This document shows positions 12,759-23,161 of a stretch of 32,000 bases of DNA, piece by piece (within the stretch, counting starts at the first letter, position 1; each line of letters begins with the position of its first letter). Under the pieces are notes generated by a model. The model did no database searches, had not been told where the DNA came from, and saw only the letters and a list, made by a program, of their open reading frames with translations. Made by a program: the position numbers and the translations under genes. The stretch comes from an uncultured Alphaproteobacteria bacterium (GTDB lineage Bacteria > Pseudomonadota > Alphaproteobacteria > HIMB59). The stretch is taken from contig CACLUR010000002.1 of assembly GCA_902610175.1 (NCBI GenBank), forward strand, positions 75,116-107,115, read 5' to 3'.

Positions 12759-13583
12759 ATGGGACTGATAACTTACAAACCAACAACACCTTCTTATAGA
12801 AAAACAGTTAAAATTGACAAGTCACATTTGTTTAAGGGACGTCCAGAAAAATCTTTAATAGAAGACCTACAACCAAATTCTGGTAGAAACAATACTGGTA
12901 AGATTACAATTAGACATAGATCTGGTGGACACAAAAAAAAATACAGATTAGTAAACTTTAAAAGAAACATATTTGATAAAATTGGAACAGTTGAGAGAAT
13001 AGAATATGATCCAAATAGAAGTGCCTTTATAGCACTAATTAACTATCAAGATATTAAAGAATACATTATTGCACCTACTGATTTAAAAACTGGTGATAAG
13101 GTTATTTCATCAGCCAAAACGGAAATAGCATCAGGTAATGCCATGAGGATTAAAAATATACCAACTGGTACATCTATACATAATATCGAATTAAAACCAG
13201 GGGCTGGTGGTAAACTATGTAGATCAGCAGGGTCCTTTGCACAGGTACTAGGAGAGCAAGAAAAATATGTAATGATTAAACTTTCATCCCGCGAAACCAG
13301 ACTAGTTCATGGTGAGTGTATGGCTACTGTAGGGGTAGTATCTAATCAAGATAATAAAAATAAAAAAATTGGTAAAGCCGGAATTAAAAGACACCTGGGT
13401 ATAAGACCTACTGTTAGAGGTGTTGTAATGAATCCTGTTGATCACCCACACGGTGGAGGAGAAGGAAGAACATCGGGTGGCAGACATCCTTCAACGCCAT
13501 GGGGTATGAAAACAAAAGGTAAGAAGACAAGAAGAATTAAATTTACATCTAAGATGATCATATCAAGAAGGGCTAAAAAGTAA
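12759..13583 (+). CDS. rplB: 50S ribosomal protein L2
   Basis: It has [21 protein letters not shown] chose the ATG at 12759 ([12 protein letters not shown]...) because the track's GTG at 12744 adds 5 aa that overlap rplW. Confidence 0.96.
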   Translation: MGLITYKPTTPSYRKTVKIDKSHLFKGRPEKSLIEDLQPNSGRNNTGKITIRHRSGGHKKKYRLVNFKRNIFDKIGTVERIEYDPNRSAFIALINYQDIKEYIIAPTDLKTGDKVISSAKTEIASGNAMRIKNIPTGTSIHNIELKPGAGGKLCRSAGSFAQVLGEQEKYVMIKLSSRETRLVHGECMATVGVVSNQDNKNKKIGKAGIKRHLGIRPTVRGVVMNPVDHPHGGGEGRTSGGRHPSTPWGMKTKGKKTRRIKFTSKMIISRRAKK

Positions 13584-13867
13584 TGGCAAGATCTGTATGG
13601 AAAGGACCTTATTTTGATGTGACACTGTTCAAAAAAGTCAAAAAGTCAAAAGAAGAAAGTTCAAAATCCCCAATTAAAACATGGTCAAGAAGATCAACTA
13701 TCATACCTGATTTTGTTGGAGTAACTATTTCCGTTTATAATGGTAAATCTTTTATACCAGTCTACGTAACTGAAGACATGGTAGGCCATAAACTTGGTGA
13801 GTTTTCACCAACTAGGGTGTTTAAGGGTCATTCAGGGGATAAGAAAGCAGTCCAGAGTAAAAAATAA
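13583..13867 (+). CDS. rpsS: 30S ribosomal protein S19
   Basis: [12 protein letters not shown]... and [21 protein letters not shown] match S19. It joins rplB at a TAATG junction. Confidence 0.97.
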   Translation: MARSVWKGPYFDVTLFKKVKKSKEESSKSPIKTWSRRSTIIPDFVGVTISVYNGKSFIPVYVTEDMVGHKLGEFSPTRVFKGHSGDKKAVQSKK

Positions 13868-13869
13868 TT

Positions 13870-14211
13870 ATGTCTAAAGAAGTAAAAGCAATCAATAGAA
13901 TGATAAGAACTAGCTCCCAAAAGCTTAACTTAATTGTTAAAGATATAAGAAAAAAAGATATTAATGCAGCTTTAAACATTTTGAAATTTTCAAATAAAAG
14001 AGTAAGTAAAGAAGTACTAAAAACTCTAAATTCTGCTGTTGCGAATGCAGAAAATAATAACAATTTAGACATTGATAAACTTTTTGTGAAAGAAGCTTAT
14101 GTGGGCAAAAGTTTAAGAATGAAAAGATTTAGACCAATGAGTAAGGGTAGAGCTTTTCAAATTATTAAACCCTTTTCTAGGTTAACTCTAGTTTTAGAGG
14201 AGAGATTATAA
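13870..14211 (+). CDS. rplV: 50S ribosomal protein L22
   Basis: 113 aa. The position and the ...R.SSQK.NL....IR... pattern fit L22. Confidence 0.93.
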   Translation: MSKEVKAINRMIRTSSQKLNLIVKDIRKKDINAALNILKFSNKRVSKEVLKTLNSAVANAENNNNLDIDKLFVKEAYVGKSLRMKRFRPMSKGRAFQIIKPFSRLTLVLEERL

Positions 14212-14876
14212 TGGGACAGAAAGTTAACCCAACCTCATTAAGAGTCGGTATTAATAAATATTGGCAATCAACATGGTTTGAAAAGAAAAGTTACTCAACT
14301 TTTTTAAAAGAAGATCATAGAATTAGAAACTATATAGAAAAGAATTATTCAATTGCAGGAATAAGTTCAGTTATAATTGAAAGAGCTGCCGCAAACCTCA
14401 AAATTATAATTCACACTTCAAAACCTGGGGTGCTTATTGGAAAAAAAGGTGCAGATATCGAAAAATTAAGGAATAAATTATCAAAATTGTCAGATAAGAG
14501 TATTTCATTAGATATAAAAGAAATAAAAAAACCTGAAACGGACGCTTCATTAGTAGCAGACTCTATTGCAAGACAACTCGAAAAGAGAGTTGCTTTTAGA
14601 AAAGCGATGAAAAAATCAGGTTTATCAGCAATTAAACTTGGTGCTAAGGGAATTAAAATTGTATGTGGTGGTAGACTGGGTGGCGCTGAAATAGCAAGAT
14701 CAGAAAAGTTTTCTGAGGGAAGTGTACCTTTACATACCCTTAGAGCTGATATAGATTACGCAACTGCTCGAGCTTTGACTACTTATGGAATTATTGGAAT
14801 TAAGGTTTGGCTTTATAAAGGCGAGAGTAAAAATACAACAAATAGATTAGATGATAAAAAAGAGAAAACCAATTAA
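14211..14876 (+). CDS. rpsC: 30S ribosomal protein S3
   Basis: [13 protein letters not shown]... is followed by the KH-domain [11 protein letters not shown] motif; 221 aa. Confidence 0.97.
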   Translation: MGQKVNPTSLRVGINKYWQSTWFEKKSYSTFLKEDHRIRNYIEKNYSIAGISSVIIERAAANLKIIIHTSKPGVLIGKKGADIEKLRNKLSKLSDKSISLDIKEIKKPETDASLVADSIARQLEKRVAFRKAMKKSGLSAIKLGAKGIKIVCGGRLGGAEIARSEKFSEGSVPLHTLRADIDYATARALTTYGIIGIKVWLYKGESKNTTNRLDDKKEKTN

Positions 14877-15289
14877 TGTTATTACCAAAGAATACAAAAT
14901 ATAGAAAACAGCACAAAGGAAGAATCCATGGCAGTGCCAAGGGTAATTATGAACTAACATTTGGTTATTATGGACTTAAATCGTTAGACGCTGAAAGAGT
15001 AACAGCAAGGCAAATTGAGGCATCCAGAAGAGCCATCACTAGATTTTTAAAAAGAGCTGGAAGACTTTGGATTAGGGTTTTCCCAGACGTACCAGTCACA
15101 GCAAAACCCGCAGAAGTTAGAATGGGTAAAGGAAAAGGCGCAATAGATAGATGGGTCTGCAGAGTAAAACCGGGAACTATAATGTTTGAGGTCGATGGTG
15201 TTGACAAGCATTTAGCAAAAAAAGCTTTTGAACTAGCATCTGCTAAATTACCTGTAAAAACAACATTCGTATCATTGGATCAATTTTAA
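14876..15289 (+). CDS. rplP: 50S ribosomal protein L16
   Basis: [16 protein letters not shown]... and RMGKGKG match L16; 137 aa. Confidence 0.97.
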   Translation: MLLPKNTKYRKQHKGRIHGSAKGNYELTFGYYGLKSLDAERVTARQIEASRRAITRFLKRAGRLWIRVFPDVPVTAKPAEVRMGKGKGAIDRWVCRVKPGTIMFEVDGVDKHLAKKAFELASAKLPVKTTFVSLDQF

Positions 15290-15444
15290 TGGCTGACAAA
15301 GATATAAATAGTTTAAAAAAAGAGTTATTTAACCTTAAAATTATGAAGAAAAGCGGTCAACTCACAGACACATCTCAATTTAAAAAAGTTAAAAAGCAAA
15401 TCGCATCATTATTAACAAAAGAAAGACTTAATAAAAATGCCTAA
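15289..15444 (+). CDS. rpmC: 50S ribosomal protein L29 (short, 51 aa; not in the supplied ORF track)
   Basis: My own translation is [51 protein letters not shown]. The core LKKELFNL+....GQL......+.V+K.IA matches L29. The ATG overlaps the rplP TAA (TAATG). The TAA at 15442-15444 lies 8 nt inside rpsQ. Confidence 0.88.
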   Translation: MADKDINSLKKELFNLKIMKKSGQLTDTSQFKKVKKQIASLLTKERLNKNA

Positions 15445-15664
15445 ACGTATTCTAACTGGAAAAGTTGTAAAAAAATCTGGCGACAAAACTATATCTGTTT
15501 TGGTAACGAGACAGACTACCCATCCTGTTTACAAAAAAATAATAAGAGTCTCAAAAAAGTACCTTGCTCATGACAGTGACAACAAAATTATTGTGGGAGA
15601 CTCTGTAAGAATTCAAGAAACTAGACCTATTTCTAAAAATAAATCATGGGAAGTTATAAAATAA
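15437..15664 (+). CDS. rpsQ: 30S ribosomal protein S17
   Basis: 75 aa. The G.VV..S.DKTISV.V pattern and the position fit S17. Confidence 0.95.
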   Translation: MPKRILTGKVVKKSGDKTISVLVTRQTTHPVYKKIIRVSKKYLAHDSDNKIIVGDSVRIQETRPISKNKSWEVIK

Positions 15665-16032
15665 TGATACAAGCAGAGTCAAATTTACAAGTAGCAGATA
15701 ATTCTGGAGCACGACTAATAAGCTGTATAAAAGTTATCGGTGGATCAAAAAGAAGATACGCAAGAATAGGAGATATTATTGTTGTCTCAGTCAAAGATGC
15801 TATTCCAAGATCAAAAGTGAAAAAAGGTGAAGTACAAAGAGCAATTATAGTAAGAACAAAAAAGCCATTAATTAGGGATGACGGTACATCAATTAAATTT
15901 GACTCTAATGCAGCTGTTCTTTTAGACAAACAAAATGAACCAATAGGAACAAGAATTTTTGGACCTGTTACAAGAGAGCTTAGAAAAAGAAATATGATGA
16001 AAATAGTTAGTTTAGCTCCTGAGGTATTATAA
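15664..16032 (+). CDS. rplN: 50S ribosomal protein L14
   Basis: [17 protein letters not shown] is the canonical L14 N-terminus. I chose the ATG at 15664 (TAATG with rpsQ). The track's upstream start at 15646 lies inside rpsQ. Confidence 0.96.
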   Translation: MIQAESNLQVADNSGARLISCIKVIGGSKRRYARIGDIIVVSVKDAIPRSKVKKGEVQRAIIVRTKKPLIRDDGTSIKFDSNAAVLLDKQNEPIGTRIFGPVTRELRKRNMMKIVSLAPEVL

Positions 16033-16340
16033 TGATTAAAAAATATAAAAAAGGTGATGAAGTGATTGTTAGAGTCGGTAAAGATAAAGGTAAGATTGGA
16101 AAGATTTCAAAAATCATAAACTCTTCTGATAAAGTTGTGATATCTGGTGTTAACGTAAGTAAAAAACATCAAAAGCCATCTCAAGAGTCTAAAGGTGGTA
16201 TAGTTGACAAAGAGATGCCAATTCATATTTCAAATATTTTGGCTTATGACTCGAAATCAAAAAAATCTTCTAAAGTAGGTTTCAAAATTGAAAGTGGAAA
16301 AAAAATAAGAATTTTAAAATTATCAGGAGACAAATACTAA
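16032..16340 (+). CDS. rplX: 50S ribosomal protein L24
   Basis: It has the KOW motif KKGDEV.V..GKDKGK.GKI; 102 aa. Confidence 0.94.
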   Translation: MIKKYKKGDEVIVRVGKDKGKIGKISKIINSSDKVVISGVNVSKKHQKPSQESKGGIVDKEMPIHISNILAYDSKSKKSSKVGFKIESGKKIRILKLSGDKY

Positions 16341-16876
16341 TGTCAAATTCAGTTCAAGAACTTTTCAATGTCTCTGATCAGTTAGCCAAAAATTTAGAAA
16401 TATCTCATAAACTTGCTGTTCCAAAAATATCAAAAATAGTAATCAACGCGGGTATTGGAGCTATTAAAGAGGATAACAAAGCTATTGAAAAAATAAAAAA
16501 AGATTTATCTCTTATAACTGGTCAATCACCAGTTGTTAGAATGTCAAAAAAAGCTATTGCCTCCTTTAAAGTTAGAAAAGGAATGCCAGTAGGACTTTCT
16601 GTTACCCTCAGAAAAAATATGATGATGGAGTTTTACGATAGACTTGTAAATATTGCCATGCCTCGTATTAAAGACTTCAGAGGTTATAACAGAAAGTCAT
16701 TTGATGGCCAAGGTAACATTACCATAGGTATTAAAGATCATATTATTTTTCCGGAAATTAGCGTTGAAAATGTTGAAAATATCTTTGGTTTTGATATCAC
16801 TATTGCCACTTCTGCAAATAATGACAAAGAGGGATATGAACTTTTAAAATTAATGAACTTTCCATTTCTGAATTAA
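16340..16876 (+). CDS. rplE: 50S ribosomal protein L5
   Basis: 178 aa. VPKI.KIV.N.G.G, PRI+DFRG and the position fit L5. Confidence 0.95.
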   Translation: MSNSVQELFNVSDQLAKNLEISHKLAVPKISKIVINAGIGAIKEDNKAIEKIKKDLSLITGQSPVVRMSKKAIASFKVRKGMPVGLSVTLRKNMMMEFYDRLVNIAMPRIKDFRGYNRKSFDGQGNITIGIKDHIIFPEISVENVENIFGFDITIATSANNDKEGYELLKLMNFPFLN

Positions 16877-16878
16877 CC

Positions 16879-17184
16879 ATGGCAAAACAAAGCGCAATAC
16901 AAAAAAATATAAATAGAAAAGCACTGATTGATAGACTCAGCGAAAAAAGAAAAAAATTAAAAAGTCTCTTATCTAATAAAGATCTACCATTTGAAGAAAG
17001 AGTAAAGATACAAATGAAACTTGAGTCCTTACCTAGAAATTCATCAAGAATAAGATACCGAAACAGATGTTTCCTATCTGGTAGGCCTCGTGGTGTTTAT
17101 AGTAAATTTAATTTATCTAGGATTGCTATCAGAGACATGGCTGGTAAAGGTCAAATACCAGGTTTAACGAAAGCGAGTTGGTAG
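16879..17184 (+). CDS. rpsN: 30S ribosomal protein S14 (long, zinc-independent type)
   Basis: 101 aa. The C-terminal R.RN.C..SGRPRG.Y.KF.LSR...R..A..G.IPG..KASW matches S14, and there is no CxxC pair. Confidence 0.95.
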   Translation: MAKQSAIQKNINRKALIDRLSEKRKKLKSLLSNKDLPFEERVKIQMKLESLPRNSSRIRYRNRCFLSGRPRGVYSKFNLSRIAIRDMAGKGQIPGLTKASW

Positions 17185-17185
17185 T

Positions 17186-17572
17186 ATGAGTGACACACTA
17201 GCAGATATGATTACAAGAATAAGAAATGGCCAAAAAGCTAATAAAGTCACAGTCAAAGCGATATTTTCAAAATTAAATGTTAATGTTTGCGATGTGCTAA
17301 AAAAAGAGGGATATATTGACAATTTTGAAATTTTAGGTGAAACAAAGAAAGATATTTCAATTACACTTAAATATCACAAAGGCTCACCGTTAATTAACAA
17401 AATCGAAAAGATTACAAAACAAGGATGTAGAGTATATAATTCTGTAAATGAAATTCCTAAGACTATCGGAGGTCTAGGTACTACAATTTTATCAACCTCA
17501 AAGGGCGTAATGTCTGACTCCGATGCAAGGGAAAAAAAAGTAGGAGGGGAAGTGCTAATAAGCGTTTTCTAA
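17186..17572 (+). CDS. rpsH: 30S ribosomal protein S8
   Basis: MSDTLADMITRIRNGQ... and LSTSKG.M.D..AR...VGGEV match S8. Confidence 0.96.
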   Translation: MSDTLADMITRIRNGQKANKVTVKAIFSKLNVNVCDVLKKEGYIDNFEILGETKKDISITLKYHKGSPLINKIEKITKQGCRVYNSVNEIPKTIGGLGTTILSTSKGVMSDSDAREKKVGGEVLISVF

Positions 17573-17575
17573 AAT

Positions 17576-18091
17576 ATGTCAAGATTAGCAAGAAACCCTA
17601 TTAATATTCCTGAAGATATAAAAGTTTCCTTGAACGATAACGAAATTAATTTTGAGGGTAAGTTAGGAAAATCATCAACTGTTCTTCCTGTTGGAATTAA
17701 GGTTGATCATAAAGATAATCTTTTACATTTCTCTGGAGATAATAAAGCACTTCTTGGAACTATTTACGCAAATATTAAAAATGAAATTATTGGTAATTCA
17801 AAAGGATTTGAAAAAAGACTTGAACTAATCGGAACTGGGTACAAAGCTAATGTTTCTGGGAAAAAGCTTGTCTTATCACTTGGTTTTAGCCACGATATCA
17901 ACTTTGAAATTCCTGAGGGTATTTCTATAAAAGTTGAAAAAAATATTGTGGTAGTTACTGGAACAAGTAAACAATTAGTCGGTCAAGTTGCAGCTGAAAT
18001 CAAGTCATTTAGAAAGCCAGAGCCTTATAAAGGTAAGGGTGTTCGATATGAAGGTGAAAGAATTTACAGAAAAGAAGGTAAGAAAAAATAA
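17576..18091 (+). CDS. rplF: 50S ribosomal protein L6
   Basis: MSRLARNPI.IP. and the C-terminal KPEPYKGKGVRY.GE fit L6. Confidence 0.95.
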   Translation: MSRLARNPINIPEDIKVSLNDNEINFEGKLGKSSTVLPVGIKVDHKDNLLHFSGDNKALLGTIYANIKNEIIGNSKGFEKRLELIGTGYKANVSGKKLVLSLGFSHDINFEIPEGISIKVEKNIVVVTGTSKQLVGQVAAEIKSFRKPEPYKGKGVRYEGERIYRKEGKKK

Positions 18092-18438
18092 TGAATAAAG
18101 ATAAAACTAGAGCTATTCGTAGAAAATTAAGAGTTAGAAAAAAATTGAATAATATAAAAAAACATAAACTCTTAGTTTTTAGATCTTCTAAACATATTTA
18201 TGCTTCAGTATTATCTGAGAGTAATGATAGAACATTATGCTCATTTTCATCAATTAAATTAGAAAAAGCTGAGGGACAAAAAAAAGTTGACGTAGCTAAA
18301 ATCGTTGGCTCAAAAATTGCCGAACTAGCTATAGAAAATGGCATTAAAGAAGTAAAATTTGATAAAGGGTCATATAAGTATCATGGAAGGCTTAAAGTAT
18401 TAGCTGATGCAGCAAGAGAAAAGGGTTTATCGTTTTAA
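18091..18438 (+). CDS. rplR: 50S ribosomal protein L18
   Basis: 115 aa. L.VFRS.KHIYA.V and the C-terminal FD+G.Y.YHGR.K.LAD.ARE.GL.F match L18. Confidence 0.95.
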   Translation: MNKDKTRAIRRKLRVRKKLNNIKKHKLLVFRSSKHIYASVLSESNDRTLCSFSSIKLEKAEGQKKVDVAKIVGSKIAELAIENGIKEVKFDKGSYKYHGRLKVLADAAREKGLSF

Positions 18439-18950
18439 TGTTAGAAAACAATTCAAATAAAGAATTAATAGAAAAGCTTATTTCAGTTAGAAGAGTTTCT
18501 AAAGTTGTCAAAGGTGGAAGAAGATTTGGATTTGCCGCTCTTGTCGTAAGTGGTGATGGGCAAGGTAGAGTTGGTTTTGGATCAGGAAAAGCTAAAGAAG
18601 TACCGGAAGCAATCAGGAAAGCATCTGAAGAAGCTAAGAAAACTATGGTTAGAATTCCTTTAAGAGAGGGTAGAACTATTCACCATGATGTAAAAGCCAA
18701 ATTTTCTTCAAGCACAGTAATTTTAAGATCTGCTCCAAAAGGAACAGGTATAATATCAGGTGGTCCATCTAGAGCTATTTTTGAGGCATTGGGTATTTCG
18801 GATGTTGTATCTAAAGCTATTGGAACAAAAAATCCACACAATATTGTTCGATCAACAATTAAAGCTTTAAAAAGTATTAATACACCAAAATCAGTGTCTG
18901 CCAGAAGAGGCATAGAGATAAATTCTGTGATTAGTAAAAGAGAAAATTAA
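18438..18950 (+). CDS. rpsE: 30S ribosomal protein S5
   Basis: V.+[34 protein letters not shown] matches S5; 170 aa. Confidence 0.96.
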   Translation: MLENNSNKELIEKLISVRRVSKVVKGGRRFGFAALVVSGDGQGRVGFGSGKAKEVPEAIRKASEEAKKTMVRIPLREGRTIHHDVKAKFSSSTVILRSAPKGTGIISGGPSRAIFEALGISDVVSKAIGTKNPHNIVRSTIKALKSINTPKSVSARRGIEINSVISKREN

Positions 18951-18952
18951 GA

Positions 18953-19387
18953 ATGATAAATCAAATTTCAAAACAACGCCAAACAAATAGAAAAAGAAAA
19001 GGTAAAGGTATCGGCTCTGGATTAGGGAAAACTGCTGGTAGGGGCCATAAAGGGCAAAAATCCAGGTCAGGTGTTGCAGTTAGAAATTTTGAGGGTGGTC
19101 AAATGCCTATATATAGAAAAACCCCAAAAAGAGGTTTTAATTCACTAAAAAAAATAAATCCTAAATCTTTAACTTTGTCTTTAGTAAGTTTTAATAAGTT
19201 TAAAGAAAATTCTTTAATAGATAATAATTTTTTAATTCAAGAGGGTTTCTTAAAAAAGAAAGATCATAAAAAATTAATTAAACTAATTGACTCAATTCAG
19301 TTTAAAAAGAAACTTCAATTTAAGAATTTTAAGGTTACTGCTGGTGCAAAAAAAAGAATTGAAGAACTAGGTGGATCCACATCATAA
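18953..19387 (+). CDS. rplO: 50S ribosomal protein L15
   Basis: G+[19 protein letters not shown]...FEGGQMP.YR+.PKRGF matches L15. It starts 2 nt after the rpsE stop, so there is no L30 gene between them. Confidence 0.95.
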   Translation: MINQISKQRQTNRKRKGKGIGSGLGKTAGRGHKGQKSRSGVAVRNFEGGQMPIYRKTPKRGFNSLKKINPKSLTLSLVSFNKFKENSLIDNNFLIQEGFLKKKDHKKLIKLIDSIQFKKKLQFKNFKVTAGAKKRIEELGGSTS

Positions 19388-19396
19388 TTTTAGATT

Positions 19397-20725
19397 ATGA
19401 ATATAAAAGTACCAAATATTGACTATAGCGAAGCAATAAAAAGCTCAGGTTTATTTAAAAAATTAGGTTTTGTTTTATTTGCAATAGCTGTTTATCGTCT
19501 TGGAACATATATTCCAGTCCCTGGTATAAATTCTGCTGTTTTAGAACAAATATTTGAACAACATCGTGGGGGAATTTTAGGAATATTCGATATGTTTTCT
19601 GGTGGAGCTTTAATGCGTATGTCTATATTCACATTAGGGGTCATGCCATATATTTCAGCATCTATTATAATGACACTAATGCAATCATCATTTGATAGTC
19701 TAAAAGCACTTAAAGAACAGGGGACTCAAGGTAGAAAAAAAATCCAACAATACACAAGATATTTAACAATAGTTTTAGGACTTTTCCAAAGTTATGGTAT
19801 TTCAAATGGTATATTAAATTTATCTGATACAGTTGATCCAACCTTAGGTAGTGTAGCTTTTTTTCAAATTTCTGCAGTTATAACAATGACATCTGGAACT
19901 ATCTTTTTAATGTGGTTGGGTGAACAGATAACCGAAAACGGTTTTGGAAGTGGAATTTCAATTATAATCTTTTCAGGAATCGTAGCTAATCTGCCATTTG
20001 CTATTTTCAACACATTCGAACTTGGAAGAACAGGTGCACTTTCAGCTATTGCAATTATATCAATCATTTTTTTACTTCTTATACTTATAGTAATCATTGT
20101 TTTTATTGAGAGAGCTCAAAGAAGATTATTAGTTCAATATCCAAAACGCCAAGTAGGAAATAAAGTATTTGGAGGTCAATCCTCTTATCTTCCAATAAAA
20201 ATTAATATATCAGGAGTTATCCCTGCTATTTTTGCGTCATCCCTTTTATTATTTCCAAACACTATATCTAATTTTTCACCTGAAAGTTCAGGCTTCTTAT
20301 CTAGTTTAGGATTTTACTTATCTCATGGAAAACCATTATACATGGCCTTTTTCTTTGGCCTAATTGTTTTCTTTGCATTTTTTTATACTAGCATTGTTTT
20401 TAACCCTAAAGAACAAGCAGAAAATTTAAGAAACAATGGAGGTTTTGTTTTAGGTTACAGACCAGGTGAGCAAACAGCTACTTACTTAGAACACGTTATT
20501 TATCGTTTAACATTTGTAGGTGCAATTTATTTAGGCTTAATTGCTTTAATTCCTGAATTCTTAATTGCTAGACTATCAGTCCCTTTTTATTTAGGAGGAA
20601 CAAGTCTTTTGATAGTTGTGATTGTGGCAATGGATTTCTTTTCGCAGATTCAAACACAATTATTTTCTTCTCAATATGAAAAATTATTAAGTAAAAATAA
20701 AATCTATAAAAGTAAATGGTTATAG
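19397..20725 (+). CDS. secY: preprotein translocase subunit SecY
   Basis: 442 aa and multi-pass hydrophobic. It has YRLGTYIPVPGIN, FSGGAL.RMSIF.LG.MPYISASII and LMWLGEQITE.G.G.GIS. Confidence 0.97.
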   Translation: MNIKVPNIDYSEAIKSSGLFKKLGFVLFAIAVYRLGTYIPVPGINSAVLEQIFEQHRGGILGIFDMFSGGALMRMSIFTLGVMPYISASIIMTLMQSSFDSLKALKEQGTQGRKKIQQYTRYLTIVLGLFQSYGISNGILNLSDTVDPTLGSVAFFQISAVITMTSGTIFLMWLGEQITENGFGSGISIIIFSGIVANLPFAIFNTFELGRTGALSAIAIISIIFLLLILIVIIVFIERAQRRLLVQYPKRQVGNKVFGGQSSYLPIKINISGVIPAIFASSLLLFPNTISNFSPESSGFLSSLGFYLSHGKPLYMAFFFGLIVFFAFFYTSIVFNPKEQAENLRNNGGFVLGYRPGEQTATYLEHVIYRLTFVGAIYLGLIALIPEFLIARLSVPFYLGGTSLLIVVIVAMDFFSQIQTQLFSSQYEKLLSKNKIYKSKWL

Positions 20726-21270
20726 TATTTATTGGCCCTCCTGGTTGTGGTAAGGGTACACAAGCAAACATCTTAAAAGAAACTATTTTACCTGATCTAA
20801 ATATTTTAACTGTTAGTGCACTCTTGAAAGAGAAATCTCAAGATGAGAGTATATTAGGAAAAGAGATTAAAAATAAAATGGATAGTGGTGATTTAATTGA
20901 GGATACAGTTGTGATTTCAGTACTTAAAGAAAAAGTTAATACTTTGTCAAAAGAACAAATTTTAATAGATGGTTTTCCAAGAAGTTCAATTCAAGCTGAC
21001 TCACTTCTTGAAATATTTGGACAAACACACTTAAGTATCATCAATTTTGAGGTTGACGATGAACAACTTCTTCAAAGGATAAAAAAAAGGTCTATGGAAG
21101 AGTCTAGGGCAGATGATAGTTTCTTTGAAAAGAGACTGCTAATTTATAAAAAATCTCACCTAGAAATATTAAATTCACTTAAAAAAAATTACCTAGTTAT
21201 TGATATTCAAGCTAACGATGAAATTAGTGCTGTATCTACTAAAATCGTTGATAAACTTGGATTAAATTAA
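20716..21270 (+). CDS. adk: adenylate kinase (short-LID form)
   Basis: It has the P-loop GPPGCGKGTQ, the IDGFPR motif, and a short LID segment without Cys4; 184 aa. It overlaps the secY end by 10 nt. Confidence 0.92.
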   Translation: MVIVFIGPPGCGKGTQANILKETILPDLNILTVSALLKEKSQDESILGKEIKNKMDSGDLIEDTVVISVLKEKVNTLSKEQILIDGFPRSSIQADSLLEIFGQTHLSIINFEVDDEQLLQRIKKRSMEESRADDSFFEKRLLIYKKSHLEILNSLKKNYLVIDIQANDEISAVSTKIVDKLGLN

Positions 21271-21281
21271 GGTTATTTATA

Positions 21282-21310
21282 TTGACTTTTAAATACTTTT
21301 TTAATAATTT
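21282..21310 (+). promoter_or_regulatory. candidate promoter for the alpha block: -35 TTGACT (21282-21287), 17-nt spacer, -10 TAATTT (21305-21310); Shine-Dalgarno GGAGA at 21321-21325
   Basis: It lies in the largest non-coding gap of the ribosomal block (61 nt, 21271-21331). The SD sits 6 nt upstream of the TTG start of rpsM. The -10 only satisfies TAnnnT. Confidence 0.35.
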
Positions 21311-21331
21311 CACCCATTCAGGAGATCTCAA

Positions 21332-21709
21332 TTGGCAAGAATAGCAGGCGTAAACTTACCTTTAAATAAAAGAGCATTAGTCTCTCTGACCTATATTCAT
21401 GGGATAGGCCCTAAGTATGCTATGGATATTTTAAAAGCAAATAGCTTAGATCCAACAAAGAGAATTAAAGATTTTTCTGAGGGTGAGATCTCAAAAATTA
21501 GAAAATCAATTGATGAAAATTATACAGTTGAGGGTGATCTTAGAAGAGTAGTATCTCAAAATATTAAAAGATTAAAAGATTTAGGTTGCTATCGTGGTTT
21601 AAGACATAGAAAACAATTACCAACTAGAGGTCAAAGAACACATACAAACGCAAGAACAAGAAAAGGTAAAGCTGTAGCTATAGCTGGAAAGAAAAAAGTA
21701 ACTAAATAA
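21332..21709 (+). CDS. rpsM: 30S ribosomal protein S13 (TTG start)
   Basis: (M)[10 protein letters not shown]......L..I.GIG and LGCYRG.RHR..LP.RGQRT.TNART.KG match S13. Confidence 0.96.
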   Translation: MARIAGVNLPLNKRALVSLTYIHGIGPKYAMDILKANSLDPTKRIKDFSEGEISKIRKSIDENYTVEGDLRRVVSQNIKRLKDLGCYRGLRHRKQLPTRGQRTHTNARTRKGKAVAIAGKKKVTK

Positions 21710-21710
21710 A

Positions 21711-22109
21711 ATGCCAAGCAACGAAAAAAAGAACTCTGATAAAAAAAAATCCAAAAAAAACTTTGGTCAAAATGGTGTTGTTCATATCAAAAGTTCTTTT
21801 AATAATACCATCGTAACAATTTCTGATGTAAGTGGAAATGCAGTATCTTGGTCCTCAAGTGGATCTATGGGTTTTAGGGGTTCAAAAAAATCTACTCCCT
21901 ACGCTGCTCAGATTGCTACAGATGCTGCTGGAAAAAAAGCATATGATGTTGGATTAAGAAAACTTGATGTTCTAATGAAAGGTCCAGGATCTGGCAGAGA
22001 GTCTGCCTTGAGAGCTTTACAAAACATAGGTTTTATTATTAACAATATTAAAGATGTCACACCGCTTCCCCACAATGGATGCAGACCAAAAAAGAAACGA
22101 AGAGTATAA
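21711..22109 (+). CDS. rpsK: 30S ribosomal protein S11
   Basis: [16 protein letters not shown]...W.S.G..GF+GS+KSTP.AAQ... and [12 protein letters not shown]+RRV match S11. Confidence 0.97.
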   Translation: MPSNEKKNSDKKKSKKNFGQNGVVHIKSSFNNTIVTISDVSGNAVSWSSSGSMGFRGSKKSTPYAAQIATDAAGKKAYDVGLRKLDVLMKGPGSGRESALRALQNIGFIINNIKDVTPLPHNGCRPKKKRRV

Positions 22110-22132
22110 ACTAATTTTAATAGGAGTAAAAA

Positions 22133-23161
22133 TTGATAGAGAATAACTGGATTACATTGGTTAAACCAAACAAAGTTGATTATAAAATCAGTGATAATAA
22201 AAAATTTGGCACTGTTGTTATTGAACCTCTGGAAAAGGGTTTTGGAACTACATTAGGTAACGCCCTCAGAAGGGTACTTTTGTCATCATTACAGGGTACA
22301 GCTATATCCTCTATTAAAATTAACGGTGTTTTACATGAATTTTCAACAATTGAGGGTGTCAGAGAAGATGTAACAGATATAATTATGAATCTAAAGAATG
22401 TAACTTTTAACTCAAAAAGCAATCATTCCCAAAAGTTAAGTTTAAATGTAAAAGGCCCAAAAGAGGTGCTTTCATCTGATTTTGACGAAAATCCTGAAGT
22501 AGAAATAGTTGATAAAGAGTCTGTTATTATGAATGTTGACTCTAATAGAGAAGTTAATTTAGAAATATTTTTAGATGTCAACAAAGGCTACATATCGGCT
22601 GAAAAAAATAAAGATAATGAAAACAAAAGCGTTGGGCAGATAATGCTTGATGCTACTTATAGTCCAGTTAAAAGAGTTTCTTTTAATGTAGAAAATTCGC
22701 GAATCGGTCAAGATACTGAGTTTGACAAGCTTATTATAGATATTGAAACTAATGGAACAGTATCTCCAGACGATGCAGCCGCATTAGCTGCAAGAATATT
22801 ACAAGACCAGCTTAAACCCTTTATTAATTTTGAAGAGCCTACTGAAGATGAGAGAAAAAAATTACAATCTTCAAACGAACCACAATTCAATAAAAATTTA
22901 CTAAAAAAAGTAGATGAACTTGAATTGTCAGTTAGGTCAGCTAATTGTTTGAAAAATGATAATATTTTTTACATTGGTGATTTAGTTCAAAAAACTGAAG
23001 GAGAAATGCTAAGAACACCTAATTTTGGTAGAAAATCACTTGATGAGATAAAAGAAGTTTTATCTTCAATGAGCCTTTCTATGGGAATGGATTTACCTGG
23101 CTGGCCACCAGAAAATATAGAAGAATTATCAAAAAAATATGAAGATCCATTTAAAGTATAA
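22133..23161 (+). CDS. rpoA: DNA-directed RNA polymerase alpha subunit (TTG start, AGGAG at 22122-22126)
   Basis: The NTD has EPLE+[17 protein letters not shown]. The CTD has [12 protein letters not shown]...I.YIGDLV.+TE.EML+.PNFG+KSL.EIKE.L. Confidence 0.97.
   Translation: MIENNWITLVKPNKVDYKISDNKKFGTVVIEPLEKGFGTTLGNALRRVLLSSLQGTAISSIKINGVLHEFSTIEGVREDVTDIIMNLKNVTFNSKSNHSQKLSLNVKGPKEVLSSDFDENPEVEIVDKESVIMNVDSNREVNLEIFLDVNKGYISAEKNKDNENKSVGQIMLDATYSPVKRVSFNVENSRIGQDTEFDKLIIDIETNGTVSPDDAAALAARILQDQLKPFINFEEPTEDERKKLQSSNEPQFNKNLLKKVDELELSVRSANCLKNDNIFYIGDLVQKTEGEMLRTPNFGRKSLDEIKEVLSSMSLSMGMDLPGWPPENIEELSKKYEDPFKV

Noticed and set aside
13626-13652. Short tandem repeat aaaaagtc-aaaaagtc-aaaagaag in rpsS. 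Long A-runs also occur in rpsK (21741-21760), rplB (12933-12941) and the rlu gene (24101-24110).
   Set aside because: All are in frame and encode Lys-rich segments, as expected from AT-rich codon usage. There is no evidence of slippage or phase variation here.
21322-21329. 8-bp perfect palindrome GAGATCTC overlapping the rpsM Shine-Dalgarno sequence.
   Set aside because: It is too short and loop-less to form a hairpin, and a single occurrence is compatible with chance. It is noted only as part of the SD region.
21271-21331. infA and rpmJ are absent between adk and rpsM, and rpsD is absent between rpsK and rpoA (22110-22132).
   Set aside because: As far as I recall, an rpsM-rpsK-rpoA-rplQ alpha operon with rpsD, rpmJ and infA elsewhere is the usual alphaproteobacterial arrangement. 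It is a taxonomic marker rather than an anomaly.
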